IMG/VR virus record: IMGVR_UViG_3300037470_000624
Span: 1-59,446 of that record
Direction: 5' to 3' (one strand)
Source: a virus
Length of the DNA stretch: 59,446 nucleotides
The position numbers and the translations under genes were made by a program. The notes under the pieces were generated by a model that made no database searches, was not told where the DNA came from, and was given only the letters and a program-made list of their open reading frames with translations. Of the stretch, positions 28,830 to 38,442 are shown piece by piece. Each line of letters begins with the position of its first letter. Within the stretch, counting starts at the first letter, position 1.

Positions 28830-31721
28830 CTACCTGTCGGCTCCCGCCATTGTGACCCGCGGCTCGCCCACCTGCGCCATGCGCGTCGCCAACTCCGCCA
28901 TGCGCGCCGGCGCCGGCCGGGTCCGAGCAGCAAGCGCCGCGATGCGTTCCCGCCGCCCCTCCTGCGCGCCCAGCTCCCGGACCACCGCGGCCGCGGTGAG
29001 CGTGACGATCTGCTCCAGCGTCGGCGCCGGCGCCGGCGCCGCGGTCTTCGGCGGCCGGACACACACAGCGCCGGCCGCGACCATCGCCGTGACCTCCCCC
29101 GACGCCACCATGGAGTACCGCGGCACCGGGAGACCGGCCGTGTTGACCGCGAGCGCGGCGACCATCTCCAGGTTGCCGCCGACGATGCGCCAGTCCCCCG
29201 ACAGCGGCGAGCGGCGCAGCTCGGCGACCCGCTCGGGCGACAGGTCCGGCAGGAGCGCGCCAAACACGGCCACGCCGTTGCCGTCGTCGTACGCCCGGAC
29301 CACCGCGACCGCGGCACACGTGTTGTCGTAGTGCTCGGCCGCGGCCCGGACGTTCCCCGACAGCGGCGCGTGTCCCCCGCCCAGGGTGATGCGGCCCACC
29401 GACACCTGCTCGCCCTGCGCGCAGCGGACAGCGCCGGTGTGGAAATACGCATAGCCCGAGGGGGACGGGGGCGCCGACCGGCCGGCGAACATGGGGTTCG
29501 TGTGCGTCTGGTCCTTGTCCGCCACGTAGCCGTAGATCCGGCCGTCGTCGGTGATGGTGAGCGGCGTGTTCTTGTCCAGGTCGGCCTGGGCGAACCACTC
29601 CACCGGGGGCGCCAGCGGGCCGGCGCCGGCGACCAGCGCGAGCGGGGGCGGGTCCGCCTTGACCACCACCGGCACCGCGGACGCGGTGAGCGAGGTGTCC
29701 GCGTAGATCGCGTCCAGCTCCTCCTCGGTCCACACCGGCTCGATGACGGCCTCGTTGAACGCCGGCTGAGCCACGTGGGTGGCGCCGATCAGGCGGTAGT
29801 CGGTGTACACCTGGACCTGCTCCATGCCGTCCATGGGGTCCGTCTCGCCGAGGATGCGGGCCTCCTCCGACGCCCACATGTCCTCAATCGTCGGGTCCGG
29901 CTCGACCTTCTTGCCGTCCTTGTCGAACCACTGCATTTCGGCCATGACCTCGTCCGGGTCCACCGACACCCACCGGGCGAAGCCCTCGGCGAGCAGACGG
30001 GCCGCCTCCGCCCCGTCCGCCCCGCCCAGGTCCCACCGGCCGGCGCCCATGATGTCCTGGCCGTTGACCCACACCTTGCCGATGTCCCCGGCCACCACCG
30101 CGCCCATGTGGCCCGGCTGGAGCTCCTTCTGGGTCTCCAGGACGAGCGGCATGTCCCGGGTGCGCAGCTCGTCGACGACGGCCAGCATGCGGCCGTCGCC
30201 GGACTTCTTGCCCATCGGCGCCAGGACACCCACCCACCCGTACGGCAGGCCCCACGTCGCCGCGTTGTCGGCCGCCGCGGTGATCGACATCCACGGCGGA
30301 ACCATGTCCGGGTCGTCGAACATCTTCGCCATGCGCCGGTAGTACCCGGCGACCCGCGCCTTGATCTTCGCGACGTCCGCCTCCGGAACGTCCAGAGGTG
30401 CCCGAGCGCCGCCGAGCGCCCGGGCGACAGCGAAGATACCCTCCGGGACCGCGGTGAGCTCGCCGTCGATGACGTCGGCGAACGGCAGCTTGTACGCCCC
30501 CTTGGTCTTCGTGTCCCCGTCCGGCGTGAAGTAGAAATGGCCCTTCTTGTACTTGGACGGGGTGAGGTCCCCGTCGCCGTCGGCCGCCCACTCCGCCATG
30601 CGCTTATCCGCCGCGGACGCGTCCCACTTGCGTCCGCGGTCCGCGATCGGGAGACCGGTCGCCCCGGCCGCCGAGGCGACGAGGGCCGCGAGGTGCGAGC
30701 TGTACATGGTGATGTCCTCTCCGGGCCCTGCGGCCACGAGTGAAAGCGCTGCCTGCTCCGGGTCCAGCTTGCCCAGCTTCACCGTGTACGCCTCGACCAG
30801 CGCCGGCGCCTCGTCCGCTTCGATGAACAGCGGCGTACACCGGCACTGGATCACCTCGTGAGCAGGGCCGCCCGCTACGCCCGGGTGGTCCAGCGCGTAC
30901 CCGCCGACGATGAACGGCTCGTTGAGCGGCACGACCTGCCCGTCCGCTATCTCGTGTGTGAGACGGACCCGCTCGTCCGACGTCGCCAGCCACTGTTTGA
31001 ACAGCTGTACGTCCTGGGTCTCGGCCTGCGCCTGCGCGCCGGCGAAGTTGCCCCCGTTGTACGCGCCCATGGTTTCGGTGCGGGCGATGCGGTCCGCCTT
31101 CCACCTCCACCGGCCCTGATCTGCGTGCAGCCCGTCGAACAGCTGTCCCCGCTTGGCGCGGAGGCCCGCGCGGCGCTGCTCGGTGATGTCCTCCCGCGCC
31201 AGCTCCCGCTCTATCTCGTTGATCCGGCCTTGCAGCTCCCGCGACAGGGCGTCGATGTTGAGCACGCGGCCGATGCGGTCCCGCATCTGGGCGATGGTCT
31301 CCGAGGACTCCAGCGCCTCCAGGAGTTCGGGGCGGATCTCTTCGAACGCGCCGACCGGCCAAATCTTGAGACGGTCGAACACGGTGCGCAGGTAGGTCTC
31401 CCGGTACGGCTGGTCCGACACGTCCGCGACCGCCGCGAGCTGGCGGAACTGTTCGCCCCACACGATCGAGAGGACCGGCAGGATGATGTCCCGGATTAGC
31501 TGCTCCCACACCGTTTCGTGGGGCCACGCGTCCGGGTTGGGCGGGGTGTCATCTCCCGCGGCCGCGGTGACCGCCTCGCCCAGCATCATGGCCCGGGCCA
31601 CGTCCAGGAACCGGGTCATTGCCTCGAGTACTGCGGCGTGGATGCGCTGCTCGGCCGACGCCACACCCGCCTGAGCCGCCAGGCGTTTGACGAGCCACGG
31701 GTCACGCCAGCGCGGCGGCAT
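28830..31721 (-). CDS. MuF-like head morphogenesis / prohead (capsid maturation) protease fusion protein (963 aa)
   Basis: IARTETMGAYNGG..RLTHEIADGQ..VIQCRCTP (SPP1 gp7/MuF-like). Central and C-terminal regions resemble actinophage capsid maturation proteases. Lies after the portal. Confidence 0.75.
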   Translation of the reverse strand: MPPRWRDPWLVKRLAAQAGVASAEQRIHAAVLEAMTRFLDVARAMMLGEAVTAAAGDDTPPNPDAWPHETVWEQLIRDIILPVLSIVWGEQFRQLAAVADVSDQPYRETYLRTVFDRLKIWPVGAFEEIRPELLEALESSETIAQMRDRIGRVLNIDALSRELQGRINEIERELAREDITEQRRAGLRAKRGQLFDGLHADQGRWRWKADRIARTETMGAYNGGNFAGAQAQAETQDVQLFKQWLATSDERVRLTHEIADGQVVPLNEPFIVGGYALDHPGVAGGPAHEVIQCRCTPLFIEADEAPALVEAYTVKLGKLDPEQAALSLVAAGPGEDITMYSSHLAALVASAAGATGLPIADRGRKWDASAADKRMAEWAADGDGDLTPSKYKKGHFYFTPDGDTKTKGAYKLPFADVIDGELTAVPEGIFAVARALGGARAPLDVPEADVAKIKARVAGYYRRMAKMFDDPDMVPPWMSITAAADNAATWGLPYGWVGVLAPMGKKSGDGRMLAVVDELRTRDMPLVLETQKELQPGHMGAVVAGDIGKVWVNGQDIMGAGRWDLGGADGAEAARLLAEGFARWVSVDPDEVMAEMQWFDKDGKKVEPDPTIEDMWASEEARILGETDPMDGMEQVQVYTDYRLIGATHVAQPAFNEAVIEPVWTEEELDAIYADTSLTASAVPVVVKADPPPLALVAGAGPLAPPVEWFAQADLDKNTPLTITDDGRIYGYVADKDQTHTNPMFAGRSAPPSPSGYAYFHTGAVRCAQGEQVSVGRITLGGGHAPLSGNVRAAAEHYDNTCAAVAVVRAYDDGNGVAVFGALLPDLSPERVAELRRSPLSGDWRIVGGNLEMVAALAVNTAGLPVPRYSMVASGEVTAMVAAGAVCVRPPKTAAPAPAPTLEQIVTLTAAAVVRELGAQEGRRERIAALAARTRPAPARMAELATRMAQVGEPRVTMAGADR

Positions 31722-33528
31722 CCCTGACTCCCCTCTTGACGACGTCGACGAGCCACGACGGGTCGTGAGCGCACCCGCGTTCCAGGAGCATGCGGACGTA
31801 GGTGTCCAGCGCCGGCACCAGGTAGGCCAGGTGGGGGGCGCCGGCGGTGAACGTGGACCACGCGTCGTGGAGCACCCGGTCGTGGTCCGTCGGCGGCACC
31901 GGGTACCGGGTGTGCATCATCCACAGCGGGATGTCCGGGGCGGAGTGGCGGCGCGACCGGTCCATGAACCGCTTGCCGGCCTGCTCCAGCGCCCGGGTGA
32001 CACCGATGTTGCAGGAGGCGACCAGCTCCTCCGACGGTTCCCCCGACGCGACCAGCGCCGCGGCCGCGTCCCGGCCCGGCTGCTCCTCGTCCTCGGTGTC
32101 CGGGGGGCCCGTGTCGCCCTGGTCGGCCTCCTCGGCCTCGTCCCGGTCCGGGCGGGTCGACGTGATCTGTACCGGCGCCGGCGGGGTGAGCAGGCCCGTC
32201 GGGACCAGCTTTAGGTATTCCAGGATGGTGACCGCGAGCTGGGGGTTACTGCCGGCCAGGTCCAGCAGGATGCGCGCCGTACGTTCCTCGTCGCTCGGCT
32301 TCTCAGCGTCGGAGAAACCGTGGTGCGCGCGGAACGCATCCCCCGACAGCTCCCGCGCTTCGAACACCGTCGCCGCGTCAGGGCCCCGGTTCGGGTTCTC
32401 GGTCAGCTCCGACGTGTCAAACCAAATCGTCTCCGACGTGTCGCCGGTCTGCGGCCACAGATACGCCTGGGTGAGCGCGTCGCACACCGTCGCCAGGTCC
32501 GGCTCGATGTGGAGCTTCACGCCCTCGTCCGAGATTTGCCACGAGGACCAGTGGTTAGCGTCCGCCATGCCCAGCAGGACCTCCGGGGGCATGTCCAGCC
32601 CCAGGGCTATGCGGCGGATCGCGTCCTCCCGCATCTTCGGGATGCGCTCGTCGAGGGGCGTGGCAAACGAGATGTGCTTGGCCTCTTTGATCGTCTCCGC
32701 CGGCACGCGGACCACGATCGGGACCACCGCGGCCGCGGAGTCCCGGTTCTGGAGCGGCGTGGTCATGGCCTCGACCAGGGTGGCGGTGAACTGGTCTGCG
32801 TGCAGCTCCGGGTTGGCCGGCGAGGGAAATGACATCTCCTGCGGTAGGAGCAGGATGCCGGCGCCGGCGAGACGGGAGTCCACGGACGCGATGACGTGCT
32901 GGGCCAACGCCTCCAGCTCTTTGAGGTCGCCCAGGAGGCCGATTACCGGGGAGTCCGGCCACCACCACCGCTGCGGGTGCGAGTTCCAGATGCGGAGGAT
33001 CCAGTCGGCGTCGGTGAGTTGGATCTTGCGGCCGTCGCCCCGGTCGAGGATCTGCCGGTCCCCCATGGTGGTGAGCTCTTTGTTGGACGCGATGACCCAC
33101 CGCAGCACGCCCGGCGCCAGCGGGTCGGTGTACCCGACGAGGTAACACTCCCCCGGCACCGACAACTGGTGCCCGAGCGAGCTCAGCATCTGCGACTGGC
33201 CGCCGGGCCCGTCGAACAGCTGGTCCAGGAGGTCCACGGACTGGCCCGCGTCGACCCGCTCAGGCTCCGGGACGTCGGTGTCGCCCTTCGCGATGAACAG
33301 GGTCGCCCGGGACATCGAGTTCGACTTCCACCGCACCCCGGCCCGCAGTAGCCCCGACATGTCGTACTGCCGCCACGCTTCGTCTTGCCAGTTGCGCCGG
33401 CCGCGGCCCTTGGTCTTCTGCATCTCGCTCAGCGTCATGCGCTGAGCCGACGCCACCAGCGGGGAGAGCCGGCCTGGCGCGCCCGCCTGGGTCGACCGTC
33501 CACGCCGCCGCAGCCTCGGGAACTCCAT
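31702..33528 (-). CDS. Portal protein (608 aa)
   Basis: Size and position between terL and MuF/protease. Acidic C-terminal region. Confidence 0.75.
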   Translation of the reverse strand: MEFPRLRRRGRSTQAGAPGRLSPLVASAQRMTLSEMQKTKGRGRRNWQDEAWRQYDMSGLLRAGVRWKSNSMSRATLFIAKGDTDVPEPERVDAGQSVDLLDQLFDGPGGQSQMLSSLGHQLSVPGECYLVGYTDPLAPGVLRWVIASNKELTTMGDRQILDRGDGRKIQLTDADWILRIWNSHPQRWWWPDSPVIGLLGDLKELEALAQHVIASVDSRLAGAGILLLPQEMSFPSPANPELHADQFTATLVEAMTTPLQNRDSAAAVVPIVVRVPAETIKEAKHISFATPLDERIPKMREDAIRRIALGLDMPPEVLLGMADANHWSSWQISDEGVKLHIEPDLATVCDALTQAYLWPQTGDTSETIWFDTSELTENPNRGPDAATVFEARELSGDAFRAHHGFSDAEKPSDEERTARILLDLAGSNPQLAVTILEYLKLVPTGLLTPPAPVQITSTRPDRDEAEEADQGDTGPPDTEDEEQPGRDAAAALVASGEPSEELVASCNIGVTRALEQAGKRFMDRSRRHSAPDIPLWMMHTRYPVPPTDHDRVLHDAWSTFTAGAPHLAYLVPALDTYVRMLLERGCAHDPSWLVDVVKRGVRDAAALA

Positions 33529-33548
33529 TGGTCACCCTCCCCGTCCGG

Positions 33549-33848
33549 TTAGTCGTCGGTGTTCTGGGCCAGCAGGGAGTACGCGTAGGACAGCGACAGC
33601 ACCAGCGCCGGCAGGATGAACCACGGGGAGTCCCCCGCGAGCCACGCCACCGGGACCACCAGCGCGCTGGTCCAGATCGACACGCACCACGGGCACTCAA
33701 CGAAGTCCGCGGCGATCGAGCCGTCGCCCCAGCGGGCTTGGACGCGGGCCCGGATACCGCCGGCGAGGGTGTCCGAGTTGAGAAACCGGGTGATCCGGGC
33801 GATGACGCCGAACGCGAGCGCGACGGTCCACCACTCCATGCCGATCAC
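33549..33848 (-). CDS. DUF1360-like membrane protein
   Basis: Three hydrophobic helices and a CPWCVSIW motif. Confidence 0.55.
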   Translation of the reverse strand: MIGMEWWTVALAFGVIARITRFLNSDTLAGGIRARVQARWGDGSIAADFVECPWCVSIWTSALVVPVAWLAGDSPWFILPALVLSLSYAYSLLAQNTDD

Positions 33849-34033
33849 CGGTCCCGCCTACGCGCCGGCGGGACCCTGTCCCCGATGTACGAGCCGTCGA
33901 CGACCCGGCCGCGCCGCGGGGAGGCCTGTTTGCGGCCCAGGCGGCCCCGTTCGAACATGACGCCGCACACGAACGCCGCGACGAGCGCGGCGAAGCTGAC
34001 CGCGGCGGCCAGAAAGGTGAACCAAGGTCCCAT
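33845..34033 (-). CDS. Small membrane protein (62 aa)
   Basis: N-terminal TM FTFLAAAVSFAALVAAFVCGV. Basic tail. ATGA-type overlap. Confidence 0.5.
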   Translation of the reverse strand: MGPWFTFLAAAVSFAALVAAFVCGVMFERGRLGRKQASPRRGRVVDGSYIGDRVPPARRRDR

Positions 34034-34064
34034 GGTGGGCAGCGTATCCGCGGAAGCGCAGCGT

Positions 34065-35606
34065 TCAGCCGTATTGGCGCGGAGGCAGCGTTCTGGAGAT
34101 TTGGATACCGGCCACTCCGGACGCCCCGGGCGGCGCCGACTTGGAGTACCCGGCCGCGTTGGTCGCGGTCGAGTCCCGCACCGTCGGGCCGGCGAGCGCC
34201 AGGACCTCGTACACGTGCGCGTCGAGGTCGTCCGGGGAGTCCTCGGCGGGGTCGCCGGTGAACGTGGTCATGATCGACTCCAGCGCGGCCCACTTCGCTG
34301 GTGGGCCGACGTGGTGGACGCGGCGCTGCTCGTAGAGCTGCGACACCGGCTCGGCCCGCAGGATCTTGCCCTTACGTGCCACCACTTTGCGGACCGGGAT
34401 GAGGTCGTCCACCGTGCGCAACAGGGCCGGGATGTAGTCCCCGCCGTTGTTCGTCTCCACGATGACGTAATTGCAGTCCCACGCGCCGAACGTGGACGCA
34501 ACCCGCTTCATCGCCGCCTCCGGGGTGGCCCGCCACGCCTCCGACAGCAGGCCGTACACGTGACGCAGGCCGTCCGCTTCGTTGACCCGCACCCCGCCGA
34601 CGCCGATGCCGTACTGGTCACTGGTCTCCGACGAGGTGACCGCGGGGTCCACCGCGCACACCCGCTTGTCCAGGGTCGGCAGGTCGGAGTACGGCAGGCG
34701 GAATCCGTCCCATTCGAACATCGACGGGGTCCACAGCGCGCCCTCGACCTCCTCCAGCAGCTCCCCGGCGAGTTCCTGGCGGCCCAGGCGCGTGCCCTCG
34801 TAGGACGCCATCAGCTCGGCGATGGCCGCCTCGGACAGGTTCGCCCGGTTGTCCAGGGTGTGACCTCGGGTGATGACGACCGACGGGTCAGTCTTGCCCC
34901 GCTCGACCAGCTTCTTGATGTGCGGTAGGGCCTTCGGGGTGGTGGTGATGACGACGCGAGGGTCCGGGGCCTCCCGGAGGCAGAACCACAGCATGTCCAT
35001 GCACGCTTGCGCGGTCTTGCGTGGCCACGCGGCGTACTCGTCGCACCAGACCCCGTCAAAGGCGTAGCCGCGGAACACGTCCGGGTCCTCCGCGGAGAAC
35101 GCCCGGATGATCGACCCGTTGTGCAGCCGGATGAGGACCTGCCCACCGGAACGCTTGTACTGGGCCACCTGCTCCGGGGGGATGACCGCGTTTAGCCCGG
35201 CCCGCGGCGCGTCGTAACAGATGGCCTGCACCTCCCGGTGAGTCTTGGCCACCACCGCGTAATGCCCCCGCGCTTTCTGCCCCGCCCACGTGCGGACCGT
35301 CTCCGCTCCGGTGCGGGTCTTGCCGTAGCCGCGGCCGGCGAGGATGAGCCACGTTCGGTACCCGACGCCCGGCTCACGCTGCGCCGGCCGGGAGTGCCGC
35401 GGCCAGTCGTACCGCTGGCGCTCGATCGCAGCGATGTGCTGGTCCGCCTCAGCGAGGAGCTGAGCGTCGGTCATGCGCCGCGGGTCGACCAGTCGCAGGT
35501 GACGCGGGCCGGACCGGGAGCGTTGCCTAGGGGGGGACCACGGGACCGCGACGTCGACACCGCCCACGAGGGTGGTCTCGTTCGCTACAGCCGGGTAGGT
35601 GCTCAC
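34065..35606 (-). CDS. terL: Terminase large subunit
   Basis: Walker A LAGRGYGKT and Walker B GVWCDE. C-terminal nuclease-like half. 513 aa. Confidence 0.85.
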   Translation of the reverse strand: MSTYPAVANETTLVGGVDVAVPWSPPRQRSRSGPRHLRLVDPRRMTDAQLLAEADQHIAAIERQRYDWPRHSRPAQREPGVGYRTWLILAGRGYGKTRTGAETVRTWAGQKARGHYAVVAKTHREVQAICYDAPRAGLNAVIPPEQVAQYKRSGGQVLIRLHNGSIIRAFSAEDPDVFRGYAFDGVWCDEYAAWPRKTAQACMDMLWFCLREAPDPRVVITTTPKALPHIKKLVERGKTDPSVVITRGHTLDNRANLSEAAIAELMASYEGTRLGRQELAGELLEEVEGALWTPSMFEWDGFRLPYSDLPTLDKRVCAVDPAVTSSETSDQYGIGVGGVRVNEADGLRHVYGLLSEAWRATPEAAMKRVASTFGAWDCNYVIVETNNGGDYIPALLRTVDDLIPVRKVVARKGKILRAEPVSQLYEQRRVHHVGPPAKWAALESIMTTFTGDPAEDSPDDLDAHVYEVLALAGPTVRDSTATNAAGYSKSAPPGASGVAGIQISRTLPPRQYG

Positions 35607-36181
35607 GGCCCGGCCGGGGAGCCGCCGAGGCGCCTATCGATCTCCTGCCGTATCTCCAGCATGCGCTGCTGGCGTTCCTCCTCGGTGAGCAGCGCCAGCT
35701 CCACCGGGCCGCCGTCCCGGCCGTCCACCCGCACCAGTTCGGTGGGCTCGCCGCGGGCCTGCCTCTCCAGCTTGGCCCCCACCTCCAGCATGCGCATGAG
35801 GGCCTGCGGGTTGAGTTCCTTGACGTCCTCTTCGGTCATGCCCTGCAAGCGGGTAGCGACCTTGCCGACGATGTTGGCCGCCACCGCGGCGTGCCGTTTC
35901 GCCATCGCCCGCCGCGCGATCGCCTGCTCCAGCTCCCACAGTCGATCTTGCTCGACGTCCCACGCGTCCGCCCGCCGCACCCAGTCCTTTTCGGCCGCGA
36001 CGTTGCGGATATGACCCGCGCTGCGTGTCAGGGTCTGCGCAGTCTTTGCGAGGGTGCGGACCCGGCCCATTTGGAGGTACACGACGAACTGTGAGAACGC
36101 CTTCGGGGTCTCCCCCGGTTGACGTTCCCACAGCTCCGGCAGGTCCCCGTCCGGCTGTGCCCCGCTCCGTGTTCCCCCCAT
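35603..36181 (-). CDS. Terminase small subunit candidate (alternative GTG start 36247)
   Basis: ETPKAFSQFVVYLQMG..RTLAKTA HTH-like N-terminus and a coiled-coil C-terminus. Overlaps the terL start. Confidence 0.55.
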   Translation of the reverse strand: MGGTRSGAQPDGDLPELWERQPGETPKAFSQFVVYLQMGRVRTLAKTAQTLTRSAGHIRNVAAEKDWVRRADAWDVEQDRLWELEQAIARRAMAKRHAAVAANIVGKVATRLQGMTEEDVKELNPQALMRMLEVGAKLERQARGEPTELVRVDGRDGGPVELALLTEEERQQRMLEIRQEIDRRLGGSPAGP

Positions 36182-36369
36182 GTGGCGGATGTTACGGGCG
36201 CCCTGACACCCGGACCGGCCGAAACGGCGTGTTCGACCCCCGGGCACGGCGCGACCCCCGGGCCCGCGACCGGGGGGTCATCGGGGCCCAGGGGCCGCAG
36301 AGAGGACGCGGCCGGCGCCCTCCCGGACAGGTAGGGGGGTGAGGTCCCCCGGTTGTCCCGGTGGAGAGG

Positions 36370-36969
36370 TTAGTGGCGCAACGGCTGGGTGTGAATGACC
36401 TGGGTGTCACCCGCCCCCGGCGGGGGCTTCGCACCCGGGGCGACGTGCAGCGCGTCGAGGTACAGGCCCGGGTCGCCCCCGTCGGCCAGCGTGACGACCT
36501 GGACCGGCGTCGTGTCCTGCTGGTGCAGCGGGCGGACCTGCCCGCCGGCGTAGAGCTGCATGTCCTCCTCCGTCGGGGTGACCAGCGCGACCGTGACACC
36601 GTCCGTGCCAGGTGCTGTCGGGTCGACCGCGACCACCAGCGGCGGCGCGATAAGGCCCGCCTGCTGGGTGCGCTCCTCGGCCGGCTCGGGCTGGTGCGGG
36701 CGGCCGAACGCGCGGAAAGCCTCGCCCAGGGCCGCGTCCGGACCGGTCGGCTCCTGCGGCGGCTCGACCGTGTCACTGACCGACTGGTGAACCTTCGGCC
36801 CGGACGGGGCCTGCGCGGCTCTCCTCGGCGCCTCGGAGCCCGCGAGGCTGGACACGGCGGAGTCGACAGCCAGGGCGACCTGCCGCGCCTGCTCCATGGA
36901 CCACGGGCGGCCCAGCTCGATCGACACGCGGCCGAGGTCGTCGTCGTCGTAGGTGAGAGTGATGTTCAC
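36370..36969 (-). CDS. Hypothetical protein (199 aa)
   Basis: GTGA overlap with the exonuclease gene. Pro/Ala-rich central linker. Confidence 0.55.
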   Translation of the reverse strand: MNITLTYDDDDLGRVSIELGRPWSMEQARQVALAVDSAVSSLAGSEAPRRAAQAPSGPKVHQSVSDTVEPPQEPTGPDAALGEAFRAFGRPHQPEPAEERTQQAGLIAPPLVVAVDPTAPGTDGVTVALVTPTEEDMQLYAGGQVRPLHQQDTTPVQVVTLADGGDPGLYLDALHVAPGAKPPPGAGDTQVIHTQPLRH

Positions 36970-37496
36970 CGCAGTTCCTCCAGGATTGTGAGCGTTTCGT
37001 TCATGAGCGAGCGCATGCACTTCTCCGCGGCGATCGCGTCGTAGAGGGGGTGGTGGGGCGACAGGTCGTCCCGGACGGTGATGCCGTGGGCGGCCAGGTA
37101 GTCATCCACCGACCCCGGGTTGTACCCGTGGGCGAGCAGCGCGCCCGTGACGTCGATGACCGGGAACGGGCCGCCTCCGGTGGCGTAGAGGTCCAGGAGG
37201 AGTTTCGCCTCCACCGGCCACATGACGTGGGCCAGCAGGTAGGCGTCCGTCCTCTGGTCGTCGATGAACTGCCACAGATGCTCAAGCATCTCCGGGTAGT
37301 TGTCGTGGGTCTGCGCGACGTCGTCCAGCGCGGGCAGCACGTTGTCCCGGACCCACGGGTCCAGCTCGCCGAAGATGGGGCACCGGGCGAGGTACTGCGC
37401 GACCTGCCGGCCGTTGTCGCCCGTGACGTAGACGCCGACGGCGAACGCCTGACCGTGCAGGCCGTTGGTCTCCGCGTCGATCGAGATGAGCCTCAC
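36966..37496 (-). CDS. DnaQ-like 3'-5' exonuclease (DEDDh)
   Basis: ISIDAETNGL (Exo I) and HHPLYDA (Exo III, H-x4-D). GTGA overlap. Confidence 0.65.
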   Translation of the reverse strand: MRLISIDAETNGLHGQAFAVGVYVTGDNGRQVAQYLARCPIFGELDPWVRDNVLPALDDVAQTHDNYPEMLEHLWQFIDDQRTDAYLLAHVMWPVEAKLLLDLYATGGGPFPVIDVTGALLAHGYNPGSVDDYLAAHGITVRDDLSPHHPLYDAIAAEKCMRSLMNETLTILEELR

Positions 37497-37900
37497 GAGG
37501 TCTCCTGTCCAGGGGTGGAGGTGCTGCGGCCCTGCACCAGCAGGCCGTACCGGCGCAGCAGGTCGTCGTACCCGGTGTACTGCCACGGCCGCGGCTCCGG
37601 AGCGGGCAGCTCCGCGTCGAACCCCGGGGCCGCGAGCACGTCGAGGACGTCCGGGGCGATCCCGTCGATGACCTCCACGCGGCGCGCCAGCAGCTCGACG
37701 CGGACCGCGGGAGGCATGCGGGTCGTGTGCCCCGCCGGGGTCTGCTGCGTCGCCATGACGTCCACGGTGGTGTCGATGCGCGGGCCCACCGCGAGGGGGA
37801 ACGGCTCCCCGTCGATAAGGACACGGGCGCCCTTGCCGGTGCGCGTGACCGTGATGACGTCCGGGACCCGCGGCCCCGCCTGCTCTGCGTTACTCGACAT
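37493..37900 (-). CDS. Hypothetical protein (135 aa)
   Basis: ORF track. Tightly coupled on both sides. Confidence 0.55.
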   Translation of the reverse strand: MSSNAEQAGPRVPDVITVTRTGKGARVLIDGEPFPLAVGPRIDTTVDVMATQQTPAGHTTRMPPAVRVELLARRVEVIDGIAPDVLDVLAAPGFDAELPAPEPRPWQYTGYDDLLRRYGLLVQGRSTSTPGQETS

Positions 37901-38183
37901 GGATGCGCCTCCTGTCAGAGGGGCGGCGCCTGCGTCGGCCCGCCCGGGGCTGCGAAGTGATGACGGCGTCCGAGACGGCCATGGACCCGGCGATGACCAC
38001 GAACGCCGTTGCGAAGTGCTCGAACCACCGGGTCCACATGCCCCCGGGGGCCAGGCCCAGCACAGCGGCGCCGGTAGCTATCACGGAGGCGCCGATGACG
38101 CCCCACGCGAGCACGTCGCGCCACATCACGCGGCGCCACCACGGGTAGCCCAGCGGCGCGGTCTGTCCTGCGTTACTCGGCAT
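37890..38183 (-). CDS. Membrane protein, tandem paralog 1 (97 aa)
   Basis: Shares PWWR..W..IAT..L.PGG.W..W..FA...GRRRRR..RR.IH.E with 38173..38442. Same 11-nt junction. Confidence 0.55.
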   Translation of the reverse strand: MPSNAGQTAPLGYPWWRRVMWRDVLAWGVIGASVIATGAAVLGLAPGGMWTRWFEHFATAFVVIAGSMAVSDAVITSQPRAGRRRRRPSDRRRIHVE

Positions 38184-38442
38184 GGATGCTTCTCCTGTTC
38201 CGGCGGCGCCGGCGGCGTCCGCGGCGGGCTGGGTGAACGGCGACGTCGATGACGACGACGCCGATAAGGACGGCGGGGAACGACACTGCGAAGTAGGCGG
38301 CCCACTCCCTCCACGGGCCGCCGGGGGGCAGCGCCCACGCGGTGACGGCCGTAGCGATCGCACCCGCGCACGCGACGCTGTACGGGACAGCGCGGCGCCA
38401 CTCCACGAGGCGCCACCACGGGGAGCGCTCGTAGGCGCTCAC
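38173..38442 (-). CDS. Membrane protein, tandem paralog 2 (89 aa)
   Basis: See 37890..38183. Confidence 0.55.
   Translation of the reverse strand: MSAYERSPWWRLVEWRRAVPYSVACAGAIATAVTAWALPPGGPWREWAAYFAVSFPAVLIGVVVIDVAVHPARRGRRRRRRNRRSIHAE

Noticed and set aside
36182-36369. Calling a cos or pac site upstream of the small terminase gene.
   Set aside because: Only imperfect GC hairpins are visible, and the assembly is circular. There is no sequence-level evidence for a cleavage site.
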